Positions 37,226 to 49,464 of a DNA stretch of 64,000 nucleotides are shown piece after piece (within the stretch, counting starts at the first letter, position 1; every line of letters begins with the position of its first letter). The notes under the pieces are model-generated. The model did no database searches, was not told the DNA's origin, and worked only from the letters and a program-made list of their open reading frames with translations. The DNA lies in the NCBI RefSeq assembly GCF_009914755.1, contig NC_060947.1; one strand, written 5' to 3'. The DNA is from the human T2T-CHM13v2.0 reference genome, Homo sapiens. The position numbers and the translations under genes are program-made.

Positions 37226-38893
37226 AACAGATAGAAAAAAAATTAAAGATAATATTATTTCAAAAATATAATTCATTAAAATTCATAAGCATTAACTATG
37301 TTAGAGACTCTCAAACTGCAGATCAGTGTGCCTAGTTTTTATTTTTAATTTCAACTTTTATTTTAGATATGGGAGTTAATGTACATGGGAATATTGATGC
37401 TGAGGTATAGATCCCATCACCCAGGTAGTGAGCATAGTACTCAATAAGTTTTTCAGCTCACGCCCTTTTCCCACCCTCCTTGCTCTAGTAGTTTGCAGAG
37501 CAAACAAAATTTCCAAAATTTATGTCCATGTCTGTTCAGTGTTCAGCTCCAACTTATAAGTGAGAGCATGCAGTGTTTGGTTTTCTGTTGCTATGTTAAT
37601 TCACATAGGATTATGGTCTCCAACTGCATCCAAGCTGCTGCAAAGGACATGACTGTATTCTTTTTTATGGCTGCATAATATTTCATGGTGTATATGTACC
37701 ACTTTTTTATTATACAGTCTACCATTGGTGGGCATCTGGGTTGATTTCATGTCTTTGCTATTGTGAATAGTGCAGTGATGAACATATGAGTACATAATTC
37801 TTTTTGGTAGAACGGTTTATTTTCCTTTGGGTATATACCCAGTAATGGGATTGCTGGGTCGAATGGTAGCTTGGCTTTAAGTTCCTTGAGAAATCTTCAG
37901 ACTGCTTTCCACAGTGGCTGGATCAGTTCACCTTTCCACCAAAGGTGTATAAGTATTCTCATTTCTCTGCAGCCTCACTAGCATCTATTGTTTTTGATGT
38001 TTTAGTAATTGTCATTCTGACTGGTGTGAGGTTTGATCTCACTGCGGTTTTGATTTGCATTTCTCTGATGATTAATGATGCTAAGCATCTTTTTCTATGT
38101 TGGCTTCTTGTATGTATTCTTTAGAGAAGTGTCTGTACATGGTCTTTGCCCAGTTTTTAATGGGGTTGTTTGTTTTTTGCTCGTAATAAGTTCCTTATAG
38201 ATTCTGGATATTAGAGCTTAGTCAGATGGCATAGTGTGCAAATATTTTCTCCCATTCTGTAGGTTGTCTGTTTACTTTGTTGATGATAGTTTCTTTTGCT
38301 GTGCAGAAGCTCTTTAGTTTAATGAGGTCCCATTTGTGATTTTTGGTTTTGTTGCAATTGCTTTTGGCATATTCATCATTAAATCTTTGCCAGGTTCTAT
38401 GTCCAGAATGGTATTTGCTAGGTTATCTTCCATGGTTTTTATACTTTTAGATTTTACATTTTAAATCTTTAATTTTAAATTTAAAATATTCGTTGCATTT
38501 TTGTTAGCCTTGTTGAAGATCAGATGGTTGTAGGTGTGCAGTTTATTTTTGAATTTACTATTCCTTCCCATCGGTCTATGTGTCTGTTTGTGTACCAGTA
38601 CCATGCTGTTCTGGTTATTGTGGCTCTGTACAGGGTCTTTGTTGTTGAATTCTTACCCTTAGTATCACAATGGGGAGAATTAACAGTGTTCTTTGGTGGT
38701 GTTGTTTAGGCTGCGATCCAGTAGATGGCGGTGGAAAATAGCGGGCAGTAGATAGGTTCTTAGCTGCGTGGCTCCTTTGTGTATCTTCCAATTTGCATTT
38801 GTGCTCTGCAGTGCAAAAAGTAGAGAGGTGACCTTCTTACCAGGTCCACTCCTGGGCGTTGGGGAAGCCACCTCCGATTACTGGCACTGTGCT

Positions 38894-38895
<2 letters not shown>

Positions 38896-38933
<38 letters not shown>
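38896..38933. repeat. (GT)n microsatellite
   Basis: Pure GT run. Confidence 0.95.
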
Positions 38934-38936
<3 letters not shown>

Positions 38937-39534
38937 GATGTTTCAGGCTATGGGGTCCCCTCAGGCAGAGGTCCAGTAGGGAGACAGGCCACACCCTTAC
39001 CTGACCAGCCCTGTGGAGAGAGGCACACCCAGGTCCCACACCAGGCCACGAACCGGTGCCACTCACCCGTCTCAGTTTTCTGAGAGCATGAGCTCCTTCC
39101 TTTCTCAAGCGCTGGCCACAGATCCTGGCTGGGCATTCCCAAGCCATGGGCTGCAGCTCTGGAGCACCAGGACCTGCTTGTGGCTTCCTCTTCTGGACTC
39201 GTGGGGTTGGGTTCCAAGTGTGCTGGGGTATCCAAAGGGCTCTCAGGCTGCCAGAATGCACTCAGGTGGAGCAAAGCACCCAGCTTGGGCAGCAGAGGCT
39301 GCACTGTGTGCACACTCCGGTGGGGTGGCCAGGCAACGCTGCCCTGGGAAGGGTGGGCGAGCAGGTGGACCTGCAAGACACACATGCCCCAGTCCCACAA
39401 GAAAGCCAGCCTTGCTTTCTCCCCATTGGGTGTTTAGCTTGGGCCAGAGCCTCTCAGATGAGATGGGGAGCCCTAGGGGATAGGTGCCTATGGCCAGATT
39501 CCTGTGCACAAAAGTTCCTGGCTCTGGACCTGCT

Positions 39535-39907
39535 TGTATTAGTCCCTTCTCATGCTGCTATAAAGAACTGCCTGAGACTGGGTAGTTTATAAAGGAAAGA
39601 GGTTTAATTGATTCAAAGTTCTGCAGGCTGGGGAGGCCTCAGGGAACTTACAGTCATGGTGGAAGGGGAAGCAAACACATTCTTCTTCATATGGTGGCAA
39701 GAAGAAGAAGTGCCGAGCAAAGGGGGAAAAGTCCCTTATAAAACCATCAGATCTCGTGAGAACTCACTCACTATCACGAGAACAAAATGGAGGTAACCGC
39801 CCCTATGATTCAGTTATCTCCCACTGGGTCCCTCCTATGACATGCGGAGACTATGGGCACTATACTTAAAGATGAGATTTGGGTGGGGGCACAGCCAAAC
39901 CAAATCA
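39535..39907 (-). mobile_element. THE1C/D solo LTR
   Basis: tgtattagtcc...ggggcacagccaaaccaaatca; TSD CTGCT at 39530-39534 and 39908-39912. Confidence 0.93.
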
Positions 39908-40399
39908 CTGCTAAAGCCCTGTCTCTGCCTAAGCCCCAAGGAAATCCCCCTGCCAGCTCAAATGTCTGTGGTTGGTGTGGGGTTCCCTGCAGCTAGGATC
40001 CCAGAGGTCCATGGCAAGAGCAGTCATTCCCCCAGTCCCTTCACACATGCCTTCCTCAAGAGCCATTCAGGGCTAGAAACCAGCCCCAGTGTTCAGGTGC
40101 TCCATGTGGAGTTTCCAGCTTCCACCCTCTTTAGCCTCTGTATCTGAGTCTTTTTTCCATCCACATTTGGCATTTTCTCTCTGAAGATCTCTTCAAATTA
40201 TGTTGGTTTAGTCAAAAACCCGGTCTCTCTCTCAGCAGGAGCAGCACTTCCTGGCTGCATCTAGTAGGCCATCTTGAAACAAACAAACAAACACCTATTT
40301 TTTTTCTTTACTTGTGAACTCAGGCAAATCTATGCTCTGAAGTCAGTTACAGCTACAGAAAGATGTGCACGTAGTGTCATTGCCTGAAAAGTATTGGAT

Positions 40400-40820
40400 A
40401 GACCTGGCTGAATTCTCATTTCTGGCATTCTCAGACTGTGTGGCTTTTGTCAAGCTCTTCACTGTCTTAATCTCAGTGTCCTCATCTGTAAAATGGGGCT
40501 CACAATAGTGCCTACTTCATATAGGTGCCTTAAGAACTGAATTAGGTAAAGTGCCTAGCATGGTTAAGAGTAGCACTGTCCAATGGAACTCTCTGTAATA
40601 ATGGAAATGCTCTAGGGCTCTTCTGTCCAATATATAGCCACCAACCACATGTAGCTATTAAGCACTTGAAATATGGCTAGTGAAACTAATGAGCTAAATT
40701 TTTAATTTAATTTAATTTACATTTACACTTAAATAGCCACATATAGCTACTAGCTACCATATTGGACAGTGCAGATCTAGATACAGAGCTAAATTCTCAA
40801 TAAATGGAATGGTTTTATTA
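40400..40820 (+). mobile_element. MIR interrupted by MER3
   Basis: ctcagtgtcctcatctgtaaaatgggg...gtgcctagcatgg | ctcaataaatg. Confidence 0.8.
40570..40773 (+). mobile_element. MER3 hAT DNA transposon
   Basis: Terminal inverted repeats gcactgtccaat / attggacagtgc; cacatgtagctattaagcacttgaaat. Confidence 0.88.
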
Positions 40821-41648
40821 TTGTGCAGATATTTTGCCTAAATTACAGATCTTCTAGCTTAAGGTCCTTACTTCCAATGACTGTGGACTGACTTTTTTCA
40901 TGCATAGATTGATTTACTCTTGTCTGCCTTTCCTGACTTGTCTGTACTTAATCTTTTAATCACTGAATTATAGCACATATCAGTCTGCCTTCTGTGACCT
41001 GGCATCCTTGATGTTACAAAGCATACATCCTTGGATATGGAAATTGTATGACAATCGTGATAAATAGTTGAATTGTGGACTCAATGTTCTTTGCCTTCAT
41101 ATGACTTTTTCCAGAAGTTGCTTAATAGTTTCTATCAAAGGAAGGTGTTATAATTGTCTATCTCCCCAGTGGACACTCAGTAATGACAAGTTGTAAAAGG
41201 GCCCAATGGAGGCTTCAGGGAAAATCATACCATTTTTCTGTTTGAAATATATTTTTGGGTTTTTACATTCATGTCATGAGAAACTGATTTTTAAAAGTTT
41301 CTGGCTTGTAGTAGATATAGTGTATAGTACCTGAGAAGGGAATGAAAAGGTAAACAGGAGCCAGGAATCTGTCATTTGTTGATTTATTTGCTAATATCTC
41401 TATTCAGTCATCCATCCATCCATGCATTTAACACATACTTATTGAGTGTCTATTATGTGCTAGTCCCCAAGAAGCAAAAGGTAAGACTTTGTGACGGCTC
41501 TTAAAGAGCTCACAAATAAATGCGATGGAATAATATTACACACATTGGAGTGAGTGTTCCCCAATTTTTTCCTTTGCCCCAGCCAGTCAGAGAAGGCCTT
41601 GTACATGCCAATCCAATTGTCTCTGTCTTTTGAGGACAGTTTATTTCT

Positions 41649-41782
41649 CTTTTTTTTCTTTTCGTAGAGAACGGGGTCTTGCTATATTGCCCAGGCAGGT
41701 CTTGAACTCCTGAGCTCAAGCTATCCTTCTGCCTCTGCCCCCCTAAGAGCTGGGATTACAGGTGTGAGCCACCATGCCCAGC
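41649..41782 (-). pseudogene. BC200 RNA (BCYRN1) retropseudogene: Alu domain plus start of the A-rich domain
   Basis: Reverse strand has cccagctcttaggg, ggatagcttgag and gacctgcctgggcaatatagcaagaccccgttctc, which are BC200 rather than FLAM_C diagnostics; perfect 17-bp TSD GAGGACAGTTTATTTCT at 41632-41648 and 41783-41799. Confidence 0.82.
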
Positions 41783-42294
41783 GAGGACAGTTTATTTCTG
41801 TTAGTACAGTTCCTATGATTTGGGGATACAGAATCAGAGAATGGGAAAAGGAAGACAAGACTGAAGAGAAAAGAAGGGAAGGACTTAGTCTATTGAGCTA
41901 AAAGTGTAAAGTCAATTTACAGATAAAATTTTGGGAGGAGGGAAGAATCGAGAAACACACAGTAAAAGCCACGGGTAGAGGGCAGAGTTCCCTAGCAAGG
42001 GGAGAGGGAGGTTGGTGAATGAGAGGTATAGAGTGTGAAGGGCAAGAAAAGTGGGGAGGAAAGAAAGATAGAAACCAAGAATATTCCCTTACCACTAACT
42101 TGAGAATTTTGATGGCATCCTAGTTCAAGTCTTTTGAGAGACTAAAGTAAATAATATAATTTTTATACTATTATTTCTGTGTGGTTTGACTATGCTTTCC
42201 ATTACTTTGTGTTGGAGCTACAGGAATCACAGCTTTAATAGGGTTGCATATGTAAACCATTACAGCATAACATGCCAACCACTAAATGAAGTAA

Positions 42295-43800
42295 GCATAG
42301 GATTTTAGGGAAGTCTTCATCAAGGAGTAGATTGTTGAACTGAGTTTTAAAAGGTACGAAGTCAGTCAGGTAAGAAGGATGGTCTAGGGATCGGCAGGAA
42401 AGGGTATACCCGCATGTGCAACAATGTGGACATGTGACACGATGTGGTCTAGTCAAATAAGGGGCTTGGAATGGCTGATATGGGTGGTATCAGCCACCCA
42501 TGAGGAAAGTAGAAAGAGATGAGACTGGAGAGGTTATAAGGGCCAGATCATGAATGGTCTTAATGTCATTGCTGAATCTTATTCTGTAAGCATAAATTGT
42601 ATGCTGTAAACAACAGGGAGCCACTGAAGTGTTTTAAGCATGGGAATGGCACAATCAGATTTGTGGTTCAGAAAGATTTTTATGAATGCATGGTGAAAAT
42701 TATCTTGGCTGCATATGAGAAGGGCAAGGCTGGAGGCAGAGAAAGTAATTATGAGACTTGAGCAATGCTGTAAATGAGAATTCTGTTTTGGACATATTCA
42801 AGTTTGTATGTCTTTGAGACACCAAAATAGATATATCTAGTACACTGTTGGGTATGTTGATAGAGATTTCTAGTGCTCACTCATATCTGGCTCTTCTAAC
42901 CTTATGAGCACATTGGAGGATTGTACTTGAAATTAGATGAGGTCTTGTGACTTGTTCTAGCCAATTTGCTGTGAGTGAAAATAATATAAGTCACCTCTGG
43001 GCTAAAGCATTTATTTAGCAGTATAATTCTCCAGTCTCTCTTCCCCTGCTGTATTGACCAAAGAGGCTAAGTGTCCCATATGGTATAAGTACAGGATACT
43101 AGCACTTCCATCAGCCTGACTGCTGGAGGACAGTGTCTTGGAGTGTTACCCAGATTTAGATTTTATATACAGAATAAGTAGGAAGTGAACTTTTGTTTTG
43201 TTGAGCCAATAAGGTTTTGAATTTTTAAGACCAAATAGTAACTTATCCTAGTTTGATTAATACATGTCTGAATCTCAAGAGAGATATCTGAGCTATATGT
43301 GGAGATTTGGAATCACTGGTATATAGATGTAACTGAAGCCATGGAAATGTATGGGACTGCCCAGGGGTAATGGTATAATCAAAGAAAAATGGGCTGAGAA
43401 TAAGAACGAGAACTCCAGATGCAAAGTGAAATGTAGAAGAAGATAACCCTATGAAGAATTAGAAAGAGAAGTCAGAGACATAGGAAGAAAGAGAAATGTG
43501 GTGCCATGGGAACAAAGTGAGGAGAAAATGTCCAGAAGGGTGGTTAGTAGAATCAAATGTAGCAGGAAGGTCAAGTCTGATTAAGTCCTGTGAAGCATGC
43601 AAATGATTTTTCAGGAAGGAGATGGCTAGAGGCTTTGGACATACTAGTCTTAGAGGAAGACTAACTGCAGACTCCAGGTTGCATTCAACTGGTGATTAGG
43701 AAGTAGGTATGAAAAGAAACTAAACATAGATAATTTATTTAGAAAGTTTAATTTCAAGTGGAGAGAAAGTGGGAGTTTGAGAAAAAAAGAAAGAAGGAGA
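42295..43800 (-). mobile_element. L2 relic, fragmented
   Basis: gggccagatcatgaatgg, gggagccactgaagtgttttaagc, ttttggacatattcaagtttg, gagatttggaatcactgg. Confidence 0.75.
42850..43264 (+). mobile_element. MLT1I/J-type LTR inside L2
   Basis: ttgtgacttgttctagccaat...gtcacctctgggctaaagcattt...tgattaataca. Confidence 0.65.
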
Positions 43801-45095
43801 GGGGAATAATGTTATTTCAATGGCTAGAGGAGGATGTAGGGAAGGATAAGTTGATGATACTGTGATTGTTGCTTATGCGGACATGTGGACCTTCTGGTAT
43901 TGAGTTTGGGGCAGTAGTCCAGTGTGGCTGGGAGAGGTCCCCATGGTGAATGTTCTTGAACCAAGAGGGAGAGTTAGCAGCTGGGAGGAATTGGCATCTA
44001 CAGAGTACTGTTCATTATCAAAAAGATGATCTTCACAAGGAAAAAAGATCTGCCTGCTACAGAAATGGAACCAAGGTTTAAGGCCCTGGGTTGGGGGTCA
44101 GCAAGTAGTGTCAAGAGTAAGCTCTCTTCACACAAAACCGAAGGGCCGCAGGGTTTCAAATTAGGACAAGTCAGCCTATGCAAGGGGGACTGGAAGAGTT
44201 GAAAGGCTGAAACAGCAAAGGCTAACAAACAGGAGCAAGGGGTGTGGCAGGAACCTAATTGAGGGTGCCTGAGTCAGAGAACAGAGCAAGAAGCAGGCCA
44301 GGTAGGGATGGGAAAGGTAAGTGATGAGTGACTCATTGGCAGGAGATTTTGAAGTAGAAGGTGTGCTCTCAGATCTTCTCTTTTTGGTTCTCAAGGTACT
44401 GACTCCAGATATTAGGGCAGAAGCTACAGGACAGAATATGTTTGGCATGCAGCAGGACTGTGGAAATTAGGGAGTCAGGTAAAGCTTTAGCTTTGACCAC
44501 TAAATTATAATATTTCCCTCAAATGTTGAATATTATCAGAATAATAAACAATATACTATTGCTTTAAATTTCAGCCAAATTAATAATATAAATTTGGTAG
44601 ATTTTCTGAATAGACTACCAGCTCCATGAGGGAATAGTTTTTGCCCACCTGGGTCACCACTGTGTCCTCACTGCTAGGAATATTATGTGGCTCCAAGTAG
44701 GAGTTTAACAAATGTCACATGAATCAGCAACATGGCTGAATCTCTTTAAAATTAAGAAAGGGAATTTGAGGAAGTAATGTCAAGATGGACCAACTGATGC
44801 TGAAGATATAGGTGAGGAACAAACAACTATAGCAAAGTCTTCAGAAGGATGCTGTGGAAGAAGGTAGAGTTTAAGATCAGAAAGAGGCAATGGTAGAGTC
44901 TTCTGGAACAGCTTAAGACTAGGAGCAGCAACAGCAGCCTAAAACAGGCTAGATAGAACGTGGAAAGGAAATGATGCAGCCAAAGCAGAAAGAAGTACCC
45001 AACATCCAGCCCTCTCCAATAAACTTTGCATATTTCAAGTACCATCATGGAACTGATGCAGCAGGATTGTAGGGCTTTTAAAAAGTAATCTCCTG

Positions 45096-48000
45096 TTGCC
45101 TAATTGCTCTGGATAAGACTTCCAGTACTATGATGAATAGGAGTGGTGACAGTGGACATCCTCTTGTCCCAGTTCTCAAGGGGAATGTTTCCAGCTTTTT
45201 CCCATTCAGTATGATGTTGGCTATTGGTTTGTAATAGGTGAGAATATAAATTAGTTCACTCACTGTGGAAAGCAGTTTGGAAATTTCTTGAAGAATTTAG
45301 AACTACCATTCAATCCAGAAATCTCATTATGGGGTATATACCCAAAGGAATATAAATCATTCTACCATAAAGACAAATGCATATGTATGGTCATAGCAGT
45401 ACTATTCACAATAGTAAAGGCATGGAATCAACCTAAATGCCAATCAACAGTGGCTTGCATAAAGAAAATGATGGTTTCACTTGTAAGTGGGAGCTAAATG
45501 ATGAGTGCACATGTGATATGGTTTGCCTGTATCACTGCCCAAAATCTCATCTTGAATTGTAATCCCCATAATTCCCGTGTGTCAAGAGTGGGATCAGGTG
45601 GAGGTAATTGGATCATGGGGGAGGTTTCCCCATGCTGTTCTTGTGAGAGTGAGTTTTCACAAGATCTGATGGTTTTATAAGCATATGGCATTTCCCCTAT
45701 TTGTTCATTCTCCTTCCTGCCAGCTTGTGAAGAAGGTGCCTTGCTTCCCCTTCACTTTCTGCCATGATTGTGAGTTTCCTGAGGCCTCCACAGCCATGCT
45801 GAACTGTGAGTCAATTAAACCTCTTTTTGTTTATAAATTACCCAGTCTTGGGCAGTTCTTTATAACAGTGTGAAAATGAATGAATACAGTAAACTGACAC
45901 TGAGGTAGTGGGGCACTGCCTTAAAGATACCCAAAAATGTGGGAGAGACTTCGGAACTGGGTAACAGGCAGAGGTTGGAACAGTTTGGAGGGCTCAGAAG
46001 AGGACAGGAAGACGTGGGAAAGTTTGGAACTTCCTAGAGTTGTTGAGTGGCTTTGACCAATATGCTGGTAGTGATATGGACAACGAAGTCTTGGTGGAGG
46101 TGATCTTGGATGGAGATGAGGAACTTGTTGGGAACTGGAAGAAAGGTGATTTTTGCTTTGTTTAAGCAAAAGGACTGGCAGCATTTTGCCTATGCCCTAG
46201 AGATCTGTGGAACTTTGAACTTGAGAGAGATGATTTAAGGTATCTGGCAGGATAAATTTCTAAACAGCAAGGTGTTCAAGAAGTTACCTGGGTGCTCTTA
46301 AAAGCATTCAGTTTTATGCATTCACAAAGAGATGGTTTGGAATTGCAACTTATGTTTAAAAGGGAAGCCAAGCATAAAAGCTTGGAAAATTTGCAGCCTA
46401 ATGATGTGATAGAAAAGAAAAACCCATTTTCTGGGGAGAAATTCAAGCCAGCTGCAGAAATTTGCATAAGTAATGAGGAGCCAAATGTTAATGGTCAATA
46501 CAATGGGGAAATGTCTCCAGGTCATGTCAGAGACCTTTGTGGCAGCCCCTCCCATCACAGGCCTGGAGGCCCAGGGCAGGAAAATGGTTTCCTGGGCCAG
46601 GCCCAGAGCTCTGTTCCTCTGTGCAAGAGCAGCCTTGGGACCTGGTGCTCTGCATCCCAACCTCTCTGGCTCCAGCCATGGCTAAAAGGAGCCAAGGTAC
46701 AGTTCAGGCCATTGCTTCAGAGGGTGCAAGCCTCGAGCCTTGGCAGCTTTCACATGGTTTTGGGCCTGAGCGTGTGCAGAAGACAAGAACTGAGCTTTGG
46801 AAACCTCTTCCTAAATTTCAGAGGATGTATAGAAATGGCTGGATGTGTAGGCAGAAGTCTGCTGAAGGGGCAGAGCCCTTGTGGAGAACCTCTGCTAGGG
46901 CAGTGTGGGAGGGAAATGTGGGGTCAGAGTGCCCATACAGAGTCCTCAGGGGGGCACTGCCTAGTGGAACTGTGAGAAGAGGGCTACCATCCTCTAGACC
47001 CCAGAATGGTAGATCCACAGACAGCTTGCACCGTGTGCCTGGAAAAGCCACAGACACTCAAGGCCAGCCCCTGAAAGCAGCCGGGAGGAGGGCTATATCC
47101 TGCAAAGCCACAGGGCGGAGCTGCCCAAGGCCGTGGGAGCACACCTCTTTCCTGAGGGTGACTTGGATGTGAGATGTAGAGTCAAAGGAGATCATTTTGG
47201 AGCTTTAAGATTTGACTACCTCTCTGGATTTTGGACTTGCACGGGGCCTGTAGCCCCTTCATTTTGGCCAATTTCTCCCATTTGGAATGAGTGTATTTAC
47301 CCAATACCTGGGCCCTCATTGTATCTAGGAAGTAACTAACTTGCTTTTGATTTTACGGGTTCATAGGTGGAAGGGACTTGCCTTGTCTGAGATGAGACTT
47401 TGGATTTGGACTTTTGGGTTAATGCTGGAATGAGTTAAGACTTTGGGGGACTGTTGGAAAGGCACTACTGTGTTTTAAAATGTGAGGACAAGACATTTTG
47501 GAGGGGCCAGGGGTAGAATGATATGGTTTGCTTGTGTCCCCAACTAAAATATTATCTTGTATTCTAATCCCCATAATCCCCACATGTCAAAAGCAGGACC
47601 AGGTGGAGGTAATTAGATCATGGGAGCGGTTTCCCTCATGCTGTTCTGGTGACAGTGAGTGAGTTCTCATGAGATCTGATGGTTTTGTAAGCATCTGGCA
47701 GTTGCACCCTCACTCTCTTGATCTTCTGCCTTGTGAAGAAGGTGCCTTGCTTCCCCTTTGTCTTCTGCTATGATTATGAGTTTCCTGATGCCTCCCCAGT
47801 CATGCTGAACTGTGAGTCAATTAAACTTCTTTCCTTTGGAGATTGCGCAGTCTCAGGCAGTGCTTTATAACAGTGTGAAAACAGCCTAATACAACATGGA
47901 AACACAGAAAGGAACAATAGACACTGGGGTCTACTTGAGGGTGCAGAGTGAGAGGAGGGTGAGGATTGTAAACACATATTGGACATTATGGTTGTTACCT

Positions 48001-48107
48001 GAGTGATGAAATAATATGTACACCAAACCCCCATGACATGGAATTTATCTATAGAACCTACCTGCACATGTACCCCTGAAACTAAAAAGTTAATTAATTA
48101 ATTAATT
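45096..48107 (+). mobile_element. L1PB/late-L1PA 3' fragment with an inverted 5' piece (45096-45236), interrupted by THE1
   Basis: TSD aaaaagtaatctcctg (45080-45095) / aaaaaataatctcctg (48108-48123) at a TTTT/AAAA site. Confidence 0.88.
45514..47893 (+). mobile_element. Complete THE1 (THE1D-like) MaLR provirus: LTR 45514-45888, internal 45889-47518, LTR 47519-47893
   Basis: TG...CA LTR termini, purine tract ggaggggccaggggtagaa before the 3'LTR, 5-bp TSD ACATG at 45509-45513 and 47894-47898. Confidence 0.95.
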
Positions 48108-48269
48108 AAAAAATAATCTCCTGGAACTTTGGAGTTGGTGTTCTTAAGGAAGAGCACTCTCCAGTGAGAAGTCTTATACTGAGGAGAAAAGGTACCAACT
48201 TGTGTTGACGAATGAGTGGCTGCACACTAGTGGCTATCCAGCAACCAAAGAGGATCATATCAATATTAG

Positions 48270-48450
48270 CTACTGCCTTTGATGTGTCAAGCCTTTACAC
48301 ACATTATTTCTAATTCTCTCAGCAATCCTCCAAGATGAGTGTCATTATCCCTGTTATGCAGCTGGAGAAACGGAGGCTCAGAAGGAATAAATGTCTTGCC
48401 TAAGGTCCCGTACTCAGAACTGGTAGAGCTTGGGCTCTCAAATACAGCAC
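48270..48450 (-). mobile_element. MIR
   Basis: gcagctggagaaacggaggctcagaagg...cttgcctaaggtc. Confidence 0.75.
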
Positions 48451-48774
48451 TGTGCTCCTGCCTTATATCCAGACAGTTGTCCCTCCAAGAAGGAATAGAA
48501 ATAGCTGGAATCACCTCATGTATTTACCTTATACAGATTTCTGGGGATTAGCAATCCAAATGTATGGTTATAATTGTCATGAACTTCTACTCCCTTTTGA
48601 AGACACACAGGTCTTATGTGGTGATTCAGAGGATGTGGGAGCAAATACTATATTAAAACCTCATGACCCCAAGGAAGCCTTTCCTAACCTTTTGTCCCTA
48701 CACAGTGGGGAACACCAGTGCCACATAGCATGTAGATAAAAGTGAAAAAAGCACCATAAAGAGAAAACTCCGTG

Positions 48775-48930
48775 CATTCACTTCATACAGTTGAGGATTG
48801 AATGAGCTAATATATGTGAAGCATTTTGAATAGTGCCTGGCACATAGTAAGCCCCCATAAATGTTAGCTGTTCTTGTGGCCATCATTGTGATAATCATCA
48901 TTATCATCATGATTATTATCATTATCACCT
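48775..48930 (+). mobile_element. MIR 3' half followed by (ATC)n
   Basis: gaggattgaatgagctaatatatgtgaagc...tagtgcctggcacatagtaagc. Confidence 0.85.
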
Positions 48931-49464
48931 TGGCTAACTAAGCACAGTGAACGAGGCTATACTTTAAGTATTTTTTTTAATTGGCATCTCCAGCAGGGTT
49001 CTTAATTGTCAGTAGCAGAGGCTTCTGTGAAAAAGTAAGGAAATGTCTTTGGTAATGTGAGGAAAGCAGTGAAAACAATGGCACCACACCCAATGAGAAG
49101 TGGTGGAGTGAAACAGTGGAGAACTCTGGGCAGAGAGTGAGGACATCTCATGGTCTTGATCCTGGCTCTGCACTAGGAACTCCAGTCCTCTTGGCAAAAG
49201 TTTCAACCTCTCTGAACCTCAGTTACTTCTGTAAATTGGAAATATTTATTCAGCATTATCTCTGCCCTTTGCAACTATATGTTACAATTACACTGTATAT
49301 AGATCACAGCAAGCTGGATTAGATAGCCAAATCTGGCACACTCCTTATGCTTGAAACTAAGGCACTGTGAGAGACTGCCAAAATAATCTAAATTATTGAT
49401 TAAAGAAGCCGATTTTGTCAAAGGGCCTGAGGAGAATCAAACTGAAAAAAAAAACAACTAATTA

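Larger units (their letters stand above)
37336..40285 (-). mobile_element. L1PB/late-L1PA LINE-1 with both ends but lacking ORF1 and most of ORF2
   Basis: 3' part 37336-~38625 fused to GC-rich 5'UTR ~38625-40285; reverse strand starts caagatggcctactagatgcagcc; possible TSD cctagttttt/cctatttttt. Confidence 0.75.

Noticed and set aside
38768-39592. GC-rich region with many overlapping ORFs; possible CpG island or gene
   Set aside because: It is an L1 5'UTR. CpG density is too low for an island, and GC richness explains the open frames.
46292-47172. Longest ORFs in the window (227 and 211 aa)
   Set aside because: THE1 internal region with overlapping shifted frames; no evidence of a domesticated gene.
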